Assembly (NCBI GenBank): GCA_030704615.1
Contig: CM060734.1
Location: forward strand, 45,260,001 to 45,324,000
Direction: 5' to 3'
Origin: Takakia lepidozioides
Taxonomy: Eukaryota; Plantae; Bryophyta
DNA length: 64,000 nt
The notes beneath the pieces are model-generated. The model was not told where the DNA came from. It saw only the letters and a program-made list of their open reading frames with translations, and did not search any database. The position numbers were made by a program, and so were the translations under genes. Below are positions 11,051 to 23,877 of this stretch, piece by piece; within the stretch, counting starts at the first letter, position 1; each line of letters opens with the position of its first letter.

Positions 11051-13188
11051 TTTGGGTTACTTGTTGGAGGTTAACCCTGTAGTGAGGGGCCTTCAAATGC
11101 ATGGCTTCAGAGCTGATGCTGCCCTTCAGATCAAAGATTCTATGTTTGTTGATGACACCTTTATCGTGCTTCAGGATGAGCCTGCGGCCCTGCAAGCAGC
11201 CCAATGCACGATTGACACCTTCTACAAGGTATCGGGTTGAAGGTGAATTGGTCGAAAACCAAGGCTCTTCAGGTGGGGGATATTTCAAAGTCTGGTCTGG
11301 GGGTCTCCCCCGTATGGGGGGCAAACTTGGGTTTGATCTGGCTCAAGGATGGAGAGTCCACCACCCTCTTGGGCCACGTCTTCAGGAGTAATCTCTCGGA
11401 AGACCAACGTCTTGGGCCCACTATAGCCAGGCTGAAGGGGCAACTAACCTTCTAGGGCTCTCGGTTCCTCTCCATTACTGGGAGGGCTGTGGTGGCTAAC
11501 CAAATCCTTTTGGCCGGTACTTGGTATTTCGCCTCTACTTGGAGTCCTAGCTCTAAACATATCCACGAAATCAAAAAGTGTATTAGGAACTTTATTTGGG
11601 GGGCCCATTCGTTGGACTCTAACAAACGCCCCCAATTTTCTTGGATTCAAATCATAATGCCCAAGAAAATGGGTGGCCTCGGTGTCTTGGATCCTGAAAC
11701 CCAGATCAAAGCCCTGTTGGGAAAATGGCTCCCCAGATTCCTGAGTCCAGAACGGGGTTGGTGGAAAGTTATGGTGATAGATTATATTTTCCTCAGTTCA
11801 CCCCTGAATTCCACTCAATGGTCTCCATCTCTGAGATGGATCACTCAAGGTTATTGTCATAAATCCCTTGGCTCCTCCTTTTGGACCTCTATTTGGTTGG
11901 TTTGGGGGAAGTGCCGACCCTTCCTGCGAAAAAGAGAGCCTGCTTCCTTCTGTGAGGTGCTCAGGCAATACCTGTTCCTCAACAAGCAAGTCCCATCAGC
12001 TATGGAGAGGAGCCAAGCCACAAGGTGGGCAGGATGGGATGCAAGGGGGCTCTCACAGGTTAGCCATCTATGGTTCAGTACCCCTATTTCTCTTTCCAGA
12101 ACTCTTGGCACCCAAAGACTCTCTGCCGGCATTGCCTCAGTTCTGCAATCACTTCCAGACTTGTGGAGAGACATGCTCAGGCAGGGCCCATCCTCTCCGT
12201 CTATATATCAGTTGGTGACCACACCCGATCATCATTTTCAAGTGATGTTCATAACGGAAGCCTCACGTGTTAACCTAGTGGGTTTCGCATTCAGTGCCCA
12301 TTCGTATACAGGTGCTTTCTCGTTGCACTCATCCGACTCTATCTCAATCCCAAATGCAAACACCCCACCAGCTAGAATCTGCCACTGGAACTCCAAGCTC
12401 AAAGATTTTAATCCATCCCTTCCATCCAACACGCGGGTTCTACCTTGGTTACGATCAGGAACCTTCATTTGGATTGGAGGCCAGGCCATCCAAATCGATC
12501 CGGCAGAATGACACTGGGAATTTGGGGACAAGATTTGCTCCTTCTTCAATTACACGACCAAGGGTGCCTACAGAGCGATGTTGAAGGCCAAACCTCTAAC
12601 CAAAAAATGGGACGACAGATGGGGCTTATTCCAATTTAGAGAGGAAAACTGGAAGTGCATTTGGGCTCTGATTTGGGAGAAATCCAAACCGGCCAAACTC
12701 GGTGCCTTTCTTTGGCAGATTGCAAATAGGGTTTTGAAGGTTGGGCAATTTCTAAACTTCCAAGAGGCCCTACTCTGCAGATGCTGCCCCATTACATTGC
12801 CTTCTTTTCTGTAAAGGGCCGTCAACAATTTGGCCCTTGGTTTGGTCACTTTACAGGGTTGGACCCCATAGCCCTCCTGCTAAATTACAACCAAACAACC
12901 AAGTCCAAGGTGTCCACATGCCCAGTTTTCGAGGCCCTCCGCTCGGCAACACTGTGGCAACACATAGCACATTAGCTCTCTGCGCTATGGCAAATCTTGC
13001 AACCAATAATAGATGGCTCTACCAAGCTTGCATGCGTAGCCAGGTCTATTTTCTTCTCTGTTATTTGATCGTTGGAATCTCCAACACGGCCTCCGTGTGT
13101 TAAGCCTCACGGCACTTGTAAGGGTTTAATTTTTTCCCTTTTTAATAAATTTTCAGGGCCTCTCAACTCTTTAAAAAAAAAAAAAAAA
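11051..13188 (+). mobile_element. 5'-truncated L1/Tx1-type LINE (RT C-terminus and downstream region), decayed
   Basis: SMFVDDT, VSG-LKVNWSKT, MPKKMGGLGV and FLWQIANR motifs. AATAAA at 13144, A17 tail at 13173-13189. TSD AGTTGCAC at 11043-11050 and 13189-13196. Confidence 0.9.
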
Positions 13189-13214
13189 AGTTGCACAATT
13201 TAATATAATGAGGC

Positions 13215-13420
13215 AAACAACGGGTTTCGTTAACGAAATAAATCAAAGTATCGGATTTTGCCAGCGAAATGCCAGAAAAATAATGGGTTTTTCCAGTGAA
13301 ATAGTGGGTTTTGCCAATGAAATAATGCACTTCGCCAACGAAATAGTGGATTTCTGGCGGAATTTCCAAGTATCGCTGCATAGGTCATTATCCTATAGTT
13401 TCGTGGGCGAAACAAAATGT
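13215..13420. repeat. Imperfect ~21-bp tandem repeat
   Basis: Recurring GAAATA(A/G)TGG(G/A)TTTT(G/C)CCA units. Confidence 0.55.
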
Positions 13421-15075
13421 ATTGTGTTTAGTTTAACCTAACCTAATGTAACCTAAACCTAACGAATTAGGGTGATAGGGTGACTAACCCATCTACGTGT
13501 GGCTTGTGCTCACATGAACACAAGTATGCTCACGTGCGCACAATTTGGTCCCCGTGAGCACAAATTTCCAATTTTAGTTTCGTCGCAGCATCTTTTTGAG
13601 AATATTCATGAATTTTCGGGCATTTTTCCTTTTGCTCACACGCACAGCGGCGTGAACGTGCTCACACGCTACTCGTTGGGAGTAGCTCTTGACATACGTG
13701 CAACGCTTTGCACTTTGGATCGATCCTACACTACATCGATCGAGACATGCATATAAATAAATAAATAAATTGTCTTTTTCTCTTCTCCTTGTTCACACAA
13801 TGATCACTTCTGATTTGCAATACAAATTCAGACTTGGTGATCAATATATGAAGAAAGCCAGTTTGTTTGTTTGTTTTGTTTTGTTTTGTAGCGTCGTTCG
13901 TTGAGATCTCCAAACCGTCGGGCCCAACCCTGGTGCTTGGTGCCGTTGGCAAGCCCTCGATGAGGAGGGGTGCACCGGCTTGGTCTCATGATTTTTGGAC
14001 CCACGGTGTGGGAGATGTCAAATTTCAAGTACTTTGGGTCGATGGAAATTCGCAAAAAATAGCAAAGTGGGCTTTCCTAAAACTATGATTGGCCCTTCAC
14101 GTGGGAGATTGGAATTTCAAGTACTTTTGGTCGCTGAAAATTCGCTAAAAATAACAAAGTGGATATATCAATATATGAAGCCTCGACAAGGGAGATTGCA
14201 CAAATAACAAGCCTCAAACGGCAATGGGCTCTCTTGTTTTGGCAAAACATAAGGGGAAGTGAGACTAATAAGGGGCATGACTGAGCACAACACACCAATG
14301 GGAGCCTTGACACGGTGTAAGGTCCTTTGACCACATTTTCTTCGTTGACTTCAACATGATGCAAAGTCTCTCTTCTATAGAAGAGAGCCAACAAAGTGGG
14401 TTTTGGGATTGCACTTGGACTTAGGTGACATTGGACACTGGAGGTTGCATTTGGGCCTCTACATTGGCGACGCACATAGATACATAGGAGATTGCACATA
14501 GGCTTACATTTCAATTCTTCACACATTGGCCAATGGCGCCGGCACAGGCTACCCTAGATCTCCCAAACAGTAGGGTCTTTGGATACATAGGGGATTGCGC
14601 TTGGACATAGATGACACTAGACACTTAGGCCAACGGCATAGGCTATCCTAGTATTGATAATAACATCTCAATTATGTTAAGAAATATAGAATTGGATCTA
14701 TCCTAGTTATGGTTGACAAATCATCAGTATTGTCATTTAACGACGAGTAAAGAGAGATGTGCACCTTTGCTAGCTAGTGTCTCCTTTTCTGATTGATGGT
14801 TTGGATATAGACATTCCTTACACTATGAACTATGAAACTTGTTGTTGGAATGTTGCCCACTCTTGTTATAAGCCTTTTGACCAGCAAGGTTATTTTTCTC
14901 CTTGTTTTTTGAAGGAGTTGAAGGACTTACTATATCATACCATCAAATATTTTTGTAAGGAAAACTAAAAACATGTACAACAGCTCATTAAAACCAGCAA
15001 ATATATATGTCATTGGATTGCTAGCTTCAATACGCACCCATAGCAACTCTCCAATCATGAATCCCTACTTAACAC

Positions 15076-15376
15076 TACCGTAGAGTCTTTCGATGTCCGG
15101 TGTTTATTAATTCAAATTTTGTTTATCTGAAATATTCAGAAAAGTACTAATGACCTCAATGTCAAAGCGATTAGTAAAGAATTCCACGTTAGGGTTATCC
15201 TCTAGATGATATACCCTAATTACCTCCCTAGAGGTAATTTAGATGTATGTGACCAACTTGTTCAAAAATTGTAAAAATCTAAATTTAGGTGCCAGACCTA
15301 CTTTCTCTGAAATAATTAAATATTCGGCAGCAATGTGCCGGACATTGAAGGACTCACATTGAAGGACTCCACTGTA
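15076..15376. mobile_element. Putative Tc1/mariner-type MITE
   Basis: Left TA-CCGTAGAGTCTTTCGATGTCCGG matches the reverse complement of the right end (TA-CAGTGGAGTCCTTCAATGT...CCGG, carrying a 14-bp internal duplication); TA flanks. Confidence 0.55.
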
Positions 15377-16004
15377 TACTAGACCGACACATGATAATAT
15401 TTGTCTGCTTACAAGCTTTAACAGACAGAATATAGAAGCAATATTTCTCAGAGAAGGTTGTTTTATATTTTTATTATTACCTGTTAAGAATCAACTTCCT
15501 TCTGCTTCAGCTAGTCTTCTTTAGGTTCTAGCTGGCTTTTGCTGGCTTTGACTGAAGCCCTTTGTCTTCTCTTTCGTTTTAGGCTGTGGGGTGAAGTAAT
15601 ATTCCTTCCTACAGTCTGGGCTGTGCCTGATTGTAGCTGTGATATTGTTGTTCTTTTTCTTTTTTTTACACATTGTACACATGATAGAACATGTAATATT
15701 CCTTCCTAATGTTCTCCCTATCAAATCCTTATATAGTAAACGGACATCAGGGAAAAAAATTATTTCAGTGGCGGTCTGTCAGCCCCTAGAGGGATTAAAG
15801 AAAACTTCACAAAAGTCAAGTTGCTACACCATAAGACCAGGACCACCTCAAGACCAGGGACTGCAATAGTAGTCTGTGCCGCCTCGTTGCTTGACTTTGA
15901 CTGGAATTTGAAGTCGTCAAAGTGACGGCGGAGGGGGTTTGTAGTTTGAGTGTGTGGGATCAGGAAGGTGCCATCGCAATTGCACCCTGCGACTAGCACA
16001 CTCA

Positions 16005-16010
16005 TATAAA
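16005..16010 (+). promoter_or_regulatory. Candidate TATA box of the type III PKS gene
   Basis: TATAAA ~260 bp upstream of the ATG at 16266. Confidence 0.45.
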
Positions 16011-16265
16011 TCCAATGCGGCAAGCAAAACTGCAATCAAATCAGACTGCAAGCACCTGGACTCGTCTCTCTCGTCTCTCGCTCCCTTCTGTGAATGCGAG
16101 CTGTTTGTTGACCAAGTTTTTGGAGCGAAGCAGGACCTCCTACCAAGTTTGTAGCTCGGTTAATTAGATCTAGATCCGACAGTTTTAGAGAAACAACGGT
16201 GCAATCAGCGAACTCGTACATCTTCTGAATTATCATAAATTGCGAGGCTAGCACTCTCCTTTTGA

Positions 16266-17785
16266 ATGGCGCCAGCAGAGTCGAATGGGAACAATGGGGT
16301 TCTCCCCCAGAGAAGTCCGATCTCCAGGTTCGTAGAACGACCAGCAGGTCCTGCTACAGTTCTGAGTATTGCTACCGCGAACCCTCCCACCATAAATGAT
16401 CAAGCGACCTACACTGACAGAGTCTTCGAAATCTGCAATATCGGTGACGATGAGGAGCTCAAAGGCACGTTCAGACACATGAGTGAGTACCCATCAACGC
16501 TGCGCACCAGAATTCAGCAAAATTAATAGCTAAATTAAGTATGTAGCCTGTAGGGATTTAGAGGGGCCGGGCACATCCATGCACGCTGCAAATTATGCTC
16601 GATACTACTGTCAGGTCTGTTTATATTCATGAACTCGTGAAGAGTTACCGAGCTACAATTGCAGGTTAGTCAAGACATGCGGAATCGCATGTGCAGCTCT
16701 AATTAGCAACTCGATTGGCAACCATCCCTCGAGATACAGTCGGGTGATGATGGTTTTTGTGTGTGCATTGTGCAGTTGATACCTCCTGCATCAAAAAACG
16801 GCACACGTTCCTAAGTGATGAAGTACTGAAAGCCCATCCAGAGCTCTGTACCTACTGGGACACTACTTTGGCGATGCGCTCCGAGATGGCGAACTCAAAA
16901 ATCCCTGAACTTGCCAAGGAGGCAGCGGTTAAAGCAATTGAGGAGTGGGGTCGCCCCTTGACAGAAATTACTCATATGGTTATGGCAACCACGACTATGT
17001 CAGGCATTCCGGGAGCTGACCTCAAAATCGCAAGGATGCTCGACCTCCGCCCAACGGTTCAGCGCGTGTGTATGTACCAGACAGGCTGCTTTGGCGGGGG
17101 CGCCGTCATGCGAGTAGCTAAAGATCTAGCCGAGAGCGCCAAGGGTGCCCGTGTGCTGGTTATTGCTGCGGAAGGGAACACAATCATGAATTTCAGAGCT
17201 CCAACTAAAGATACCATGTTTAAAGTCGATTTCTTTCAGGCTCATGTCACGCTTGGCGATGGCGCGGCTGCACTCATAGTAGGATCTGACCCACTGCCTG
17301 GAGTGGAGCTGCCTCTATTTGAGATGTACAGGTCAACGCAGATGTCGCCGCCCAACACAGAGAGCGCCATGACTGGAACCATCACGGAGGCAGGTCTATT
17401 ACAGCATCTCACACCAGTAGTACCCAAGCTGCTAGCTCAATACTTGCCGGAGTTTCTATCCGAAGGTCGAGACTTAGTTGGTTCCCCTGACTGGACAGAC
17501 ATGTTCTGGGTGGTGCACCCGGGCGCATACAGGATTCTAGAGGTGGTGGCCGAAGTGATGGGCTTACCAAAGGAGAAGTTGCAACCCAGCTGGGACACTC
17601 TCGAAAACTATGGTAACATGTCCAGCCCAACTTGCTTGTTTGTGCTGAATGAGCTGCGGAACCGCTCCAAAAGGCTCGGGGAATCTACCACAGGAGGGGG
17701 TTGCGAATGGGGCGTCCTCCTCGGTCTCGGTCCCGGATTCAACATGGAGTTCACCCTTCTGCGCAGCGTGCCATTCACTTCCTGA
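16266..17785 (+). CDS. Type III polyketide synthase (chalcone synthase superfamily, divergent); exons 16266-16482 and 16776-17785; 408 aa
   Basis: GPATVLSIATANP; catalytic Cys (YQTGCFGG), His (VHPG) and Asn (YGNMSS); GLGPG. Single GT-AG intron at the conserved CHS position; spliced length 1227 nt is in frame. Confidence 0.95.
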
Positions 17786-18129
17786 GAGCAGTTCCTCTCA
17801 GTTTATATTAGAACTTGGATTCATGCACGAATTAGGGCATATCATGTTCCTTAAAAGAGGGTTATGTATATGGCAAATTGGAAATGTATAGTGGGAGATG
17901 TACAAGTGATCACTGTGTAGAATCTAAAGCTCAGAATAGGCAACGTCCTCGATACAGGCCAACTGATAGCATTCCTAAGTGCAGAAGGTCGAGCTGAAAT
18001 GACCTAGGTCTTTCATCCCAATTTTTCATACTTGAAAAATAGCTAGGGGTTAGTACCCCCTTTGTTTCCCTTCATGGCCTTCACAGGGTTATTTTTCCCT
18101 GTCCTTACTTAATTTGATCAACTGGGCTG

Positions 18130-19030
18130 AGTCCATCCCCATTAAATCTGGAATTGCCCAGGATTTCATTCTGGAGACTGCACTTGTTGACATGTATGCT
18201 AAATGTGGAAACATGAAGGATGCTCGTCAAGTGTTTGACAATATGGCTAAGCGAGATGTGGTCTTTTGAAGTGCAATGATCACTGGATATGTTCAGTGCG
18301 GGTGTGGTAGGGAGGCCCTGCAACCGTTTGAAAGAATGCAACAGGAAGGCTTGACGCCAAATGCTGTCAGCTTTGTCTCTGTCCTCTCTGCATGCAGTCA
18401 TATGGGCAGTGGATGAGGGCTGTCACTACTTTGAGTCCATGAGTCAAGCCCATGGCCTCAACCCTACTCTGGAATATTTTGGCTGCATGGTGGACCTTTT
18501 TGGGCGTGCAGGGCGGCTGGATGAGGCAGAGGATCTCATTGACAAAATGTCAGTTGAACCGGGTGCTTTGTTGTGGAAGGCATTGCTTGGTTCCTGCAGA
18601 ATTCATGGCAATCTGAAAGTAGCAGAGCGTGTGGCAAGAAGTCTTCTCAATTGGGATCCACTGGATGGTGCAACTGGTGTGCTGCTACAGAATATGTATG
18701 CTGTTGCCAGTAGCTGGGACGATACAGCAAAGGTGACAAAATGATGCAGAACAGAGGTGTCACAAAGGAGCCTAGGTGCAGGTGGACTTCCGGATGCATA
18801 TATTTGTTGCAGAAAAATTGCGTCCACAAATGAAGGAAACCCACGCCGAGCTAAGGCGACGTCTTAGCAAATAATGGAGGCTGGATACTTGCCTGGCAGA
18901 TGAATTTTGTTGTACAATGTCAAGGAGGAGCAACAGTGTTTCTCTCTTTGCCTCCAAAATGAGAAGCTGTTTGGCCTGAAACCTCTCCATGTCATCAAGA
19001 ACCTCCAGGTGTGTGGTCACACCCTCCCCT
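18130..19030 (+). pseudogene. PLS-class PPR (E/E+/degenerate DYW) pseudogene fragment
   Basis: LVDMYAKCG..DARQVFD, SAMITGY, FVSVLSACSH, CMVDLFGRAGRLDEA, WKALLGSCRIHGN, KEP..W, AGYLP, IKNLQVCG. Interrupted by stops and frameshifts. Confidence 0.85.
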
Positions 19031-20459
19031 GCTGTCTCCATGGATGAGTCCGTGAAGGGTCACAGTAGGGAGGAGGGGGGAAGGTCTGTCTATTCATCTT
19101 CATCATAAACATGAGTGAAATCCTCGTGTCTCTTCTATCCAGATGGGGTCTGCTGAAACATCGTGGATGCAACTTCTTGTAATGGGTGGCTTGTCTTGAG
19201 GATCTCCGGTGTCTCTCAGTATTTTTATACATCATTGCTATTGTGGGTCTGCTGAAACATCCTGGATGCAACTTCTGATACTTGTCCTGAGGATGTCAGG
19301 TGCATCCCAGTATTTTTATACATCACTGTTTCTGTGGTTGCAGGCAAATATGCAAAACCCAGAATGGGATATGAAGCTTTGGAAGGACAATCAAACCCCA
19401 ACTACCTTCAAGGAAAAAGCCAGCAGGAGGGGAGAGAGGGTCAAGACTAACAGGACTAAAACAGAAAAGCCGAGAAGGGTATTAACTGGTGAGGTTACAA
19501 TTCAGACAGAGGTGACAAAGCCAGCCGCAGCGAGAAAACAACAGTTGCAACCAAGGATCATAACAAGCCTTGAAGTTTAGTCGGAGTTTCAGATCCATGC
19601 ATCCAAATCATGGGAGGAGAGTTGCACCACTTGACACTCGTCTTCCAGGGACAATTTGAAGTATGCTGTCCCCAGATGCTTACAAAGGAAGAGAGCAAGC
19701 TGTCAAGCACGGGGATGTCTAACCCTTAGGAAAGCTCGTTCCAGGGTATCCCATGCAGCAATGCTTTCTGGGACCAGATCCCAGGAATTGCTCTGATCTT
19801 GGTCCAAATCCCACTATGTAAAAGGAATGTGAATGTATTGAGGTACAGTAATAATATTTGTCTGGAAAGAGGTTTCTCAGCATCCTAGCTAATTGCAGTA
19901 ATACAAGAGATTTGCTGACAACACACTATTGTAAGAGCTGATTACAGTGGCTCTCTTCAGTAATCTATCTGACACATTCATTGAAGCCTGGAAGCTCCAT
20001 AGCGGATATGTAGCTGTTTGCAATACAATTTCGTTATCAACATCGGTTTATGATTTGTGTACAGCACAACTTCAAGCTCCTCTACATTTAATCGGCTCGG
20101 ATTTGTATTCTAAATTTTTGGGCAAGCAGGCTAAGAGAAAATCAAGTAATGAAAACAACGGATTTCCTGGATCACCATGAAAGACTTCCACGTCAGGTCT
20201 GGACACTTTTGGTGCTGGATAACTTGCAGTGTTGTCACAGACGATGATCTCTGGCCACGATCTTCAAGGGCCGCATTGCAGACAGGAAAGAGATTGCCCA
20301 CAATTCTGAGTAGAAGGGAGAAAAAGAGAGAGAGATTTTTCAAGGTGTCGAGGGTTTCTGAGGTGAAGTTGGGAAAATAAATAGACGGGAGGAGGTGTAA
20401 GCTGCAGAGTACTAATCTTTGCGAATTTCCCAAGTGGGGGTGAAGTTGGGGCGGAAGAG

Positions 20460-23400
20460 ATGGCAAGAGCTGCAGAGAGTGCAGCCGTGTTGGCGTTACG
20501 GAATGTGATGCAGCGGGTGTTCCAGGTGGCCGAAAGGGCTAATCGCCCTGCCTCACAGGTTGCATTTCTCTGTTAGTCCTATTTGAGCTTCGCGTGATAA
20601 TTTCCTCTCTTTCCTTTGGTCCTTGCTTTCTGTTAATCCTTAATACCTCAATCTGTATACACGGTGGAATTGTGATGATCGTGGTTGTCTTAACCTACAC
20701 GTATGGAATAGTCATGAGGTAACAGTGACATATTTTGAGCTAGGCCACATTCGATCAGAGTGTACTAAGGTTGTCCATCGTTCCTTTTCTCTCTCTTACC
20801 TCACACAATGGGCTGGGAGATTTTTTGGATGGACTGTTAGCAGGTGAGGGTAGTGGCAGTGAGCAAGACAAAACCCGTAGGAATGATCCAGGAGGTGTAT
20901 GAGGCTGGGCATCGTCATTTTGGAGAGAATTATGTTCAAGAGCTTATAGACAAGGCACCTCAGGTGAACTTCTTAATTTCTTCAACCTGACGGTCGTGTG
21001 AAAGCAAAGTAAAAACTGCTAAGCTACGTGCCAGAGAAATATCTATGCCTCGATATGCAGGAGAAGATAGGCACAGTAGTGTCTTGGTAGCAGCCAGCTG
21101 CTAGAAATGGCTTCACACGGGAGACTGAAGTTGCAGGTCTGTCACCCATAATTCAAATTTAATAATATAGTGGAACTTTAACTTGCAATGATGGCTGTGG
21201 GAACTGAAGGTCAGCTCCCCTGAACAACAAATGAAGCGGATGGAAAAGAGTATTGCTGAAAACCACAAGATCTATGGGATTTGATTATACAGTAGAAAAG
21301 TAAGGGCATTATGCATATGGAAAGAGGAGGCATCAAGTCAGTTCATGTGTTGTTGACACTGGATTGTCTTGGCAACAATGTACCCAAAAGCTGCTGGTTA
21401 TGAGTCAAAGTCTTTGGTTTCCTCACTTTTGTCTACTGTTTCATGACATTTCGGGGTTGGTGAAAAGATATCACGAAATTAATGTACAATTCTGGGCTGG
21501 GTGGGGAAGGAGTGCTGGACAGTTGCCTGCAGACATCCAATGGCATTTCATTGGGCATCTTCAAAGCAACAAAGCCAAGGCTTTGATTGGTGTGTGTTAT
21601 GGTGGCCTTACCCCATCCCTACCCATGCATCACTGAAATAAATGATCTATGTACAATTTGTTAGGTTTGTTTCGAGGGAAGCTGAGCAATGGGGCATCCA
21701 ATGGTGGGTAGCAGTTTTGACTGAGGTTGATTATCTGCGGGTGGCCGTTTCTTTTTTCAATTTTCAGGGGGCGTTCCCAATCTCTACATGGTGCAAGGTG
21801 TTGACAGCCCAAAGGTCTGCCAGTCCTTACTGGACCACAGGTGTCTGCTGCTTGGTTATGCCCACTTCAGCTTCTTGGGACTAGTTTTTGTCCCCCTAGT
21901 CACATTATTTTTGAAAGATGACGTGAAGACAGAGTCTCTGGTGTGCATTGCGTAGGGAGAGAGACGATTGCCTCACCCACATGTGGGACAGGGTCTGTCA
22001 ACTACGCCTTTTGTATTGGATTACACAGGGAGGCTCAAACTAGTGTCGAATAGCAGGATTGTAGTCTGTTGCCACAAACAGATATTGAAAGAAAAGAAAA
22101 CAGAATGTACTCATGAGACGTGGTTTGCTGTAGCCTTGTGGCCATATACCCGGAGGGAAAAGAGAGAAGACCAGAAGTCATTATTTCAGTGTCATCCATT
22201 CAGCCAGGGATTTTCTGGTGACATTGCCAAGGCTTTACTTGCAAAACGATGCTTGTAAAGCTTCTCAGCCTTGAATGCTGATTATGCTTGAATTTAGCTT
22301 TGTAAAGCCAGTTTTGAAATTTTCATGGTAAGCAGCTCTCTTGAAAATCTGTAGGTTGCAAGCCATTTAGATCGGGCCGTGGGTGGACTGGGAAGACAGC
22401 CATTGAAAGTCCTGGTGCAGGTTAACACCAGTGGAGAGCAGTGTAAGCTTCATATGCCCTTTTGGTGCTAGTTATCTTCATGTATGGTACTGTTGAACAC
22501 CAACAATCTTTTGGTGAGATTCTGTCTTGGTGCACTTGTCTGATAAAGAAAGACGGTAATGTTTGTTCTGAAACCTGAAGGCGTGAATTGATTCCACACA
22601 GCAAGAGCATTACGCGTGTCAGACTACGAGCTGTAAGAAAGCAAGAGATACACAGTTATACAGTCAAACAGACAACTATCAGTTTCTGTGGAATCTCTTG
22701 CCAATGGCAGGATGGGTTGGGCACAGCCAAGTCAGGAGTGGAGCCATCAGAATGTGTGCAGCTGGCAAAGCATGTAAAAGCATCCCCCAACCTTGAGTTT
22801 TCAGGGCTGATGACCATCGGCATGCTTGACTACACTTCCACGCCCCAAAACTTTGAGGTATGTCTCTACTATCTTGAGCCAAGCATGCTGTGTACAGTGT
22901 TGGAAAACCACTGGCATATGGTTGGGCTAGGGATTGAACCTAGGACCTCCCCCACTCCGGTGGGGTGATCTACCACTGAGCTACCCATCCCTTTCTGTTC
23001 TCAGAGTGCCGTGCAAGGGCTATAGCCTTGACACCTCCAACATACAGGACACTACTGGTATAAGTGGTGCAGTTTCACAGTAGCGATAGATGCCAGCCTT
23101 TCAATCAACATGTTACCTGCAACCAGGGTTGTAGTGTTGACAATGAGATGGATGTCGATACTACATTCTCATGGACAGTAACTGCTTAGGACACTGACCA
23201 TGCATTTGGGGGTTTGCAGACATTAGTAAATTGCAGGAAGGAGGTTTGCAAGGAGCTCCAGATACCAGAAGAACAGTGTGGGCTTTCAATGGGCATGTCA
23301 AGTGATTTTGAGCTTGCGGTACGTCCTTCCCTCTACTTGATATCTCTGTCTGTGCCATGAGCTCTCAGTACCCCTGTGGATGTTATCAAATTTCTCTCTT

Positions 23401-23675
23401 CTCCTTCGTGTGCCCCTCTCTCTTTCTTATTTCATGCTTTCTCTTGTCCCACAAGCTCCTTGAGCTTTCCGTGGATGTCATGGAGAATATTTTATTTCAT
23501 TTCTCCATGACACACAGTGGTTACTTTCTTCTATGGGACGGGGATGCCACAGTCCTTGGTAGACATGTTAGGTGGTATTGCTTGTGCTGGGTGGGTGCAG
23601 ATTGAAATGGGAAGTACAAGTGTACGAGTCGGGTCCACCATCTTTGGACCACGTGAATACCCTGCCAAGAGATAG
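20460..23675 (+). CDS. PLPBP: Pyridoxal phosphate homeostasis protein (YggS/PROSC family); exons 20460-20558, 20844-20963, 21523-21589, 21768-21814, 22355-22442, 22727-22857, 23220-23318, 23601-23675
   Basis: VAVSKTKP (PLP lysine), [52 protein letters not shown]; all introns GT-AG. Confidence 0.95.
22919..22990 (-). repeat. tRNA-derived pseudogene / SINE head in PLPBP intron 6
   Basis: Minus strand GGATGGGTAGCTCAGTGGTAGATCACCCCACCGGAGTGGGGGAGGTCCTAGGTTCAATCCCTAGCCCAACCA: A box, B box and perfect T arm; imperfect acceptor, D and anticodon arms. Confidence 0.7.
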
Positions 23676-23877
23676 TGCTCTCATCTTAAATACGTTACTC
23701 CGTTGGCTCTCTAACTCCTCTTGTGATCCGAAAGCTCTTCAAAGCATCAAACGTGCTTTCACTGTACCCCTTCCTGCTTGCTGAAAACTGTGACCTCTGT
23801 GGGTCTGAATTCTCCTGCTCGTGCTCACATGGAAGTCTCCATCTTGCCCTCTCTCACTCTCTCTCTTTTCTGTAGGG

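Noticed and set aside
13860-14200. Familiar-looking bryophyte interspersed repeat
   Set aside because: Recognition is from memory only; no TIR/TSD boundaries could be fixed within the window.
22919-22990. Functional tRNA-Ser(GGA)
   Set aside because: No long variable arm, mismatches in the acceptor and D stems, and an anticodon loop lacking U33.
16266-23675. PKS + PLPBP as a biosynthetic gene cluster
   Set aside because: PLPBP, CorA-like, KRI1 and MAPK are housekeeping or signalling genes; no tailoring enzymes are nearby.
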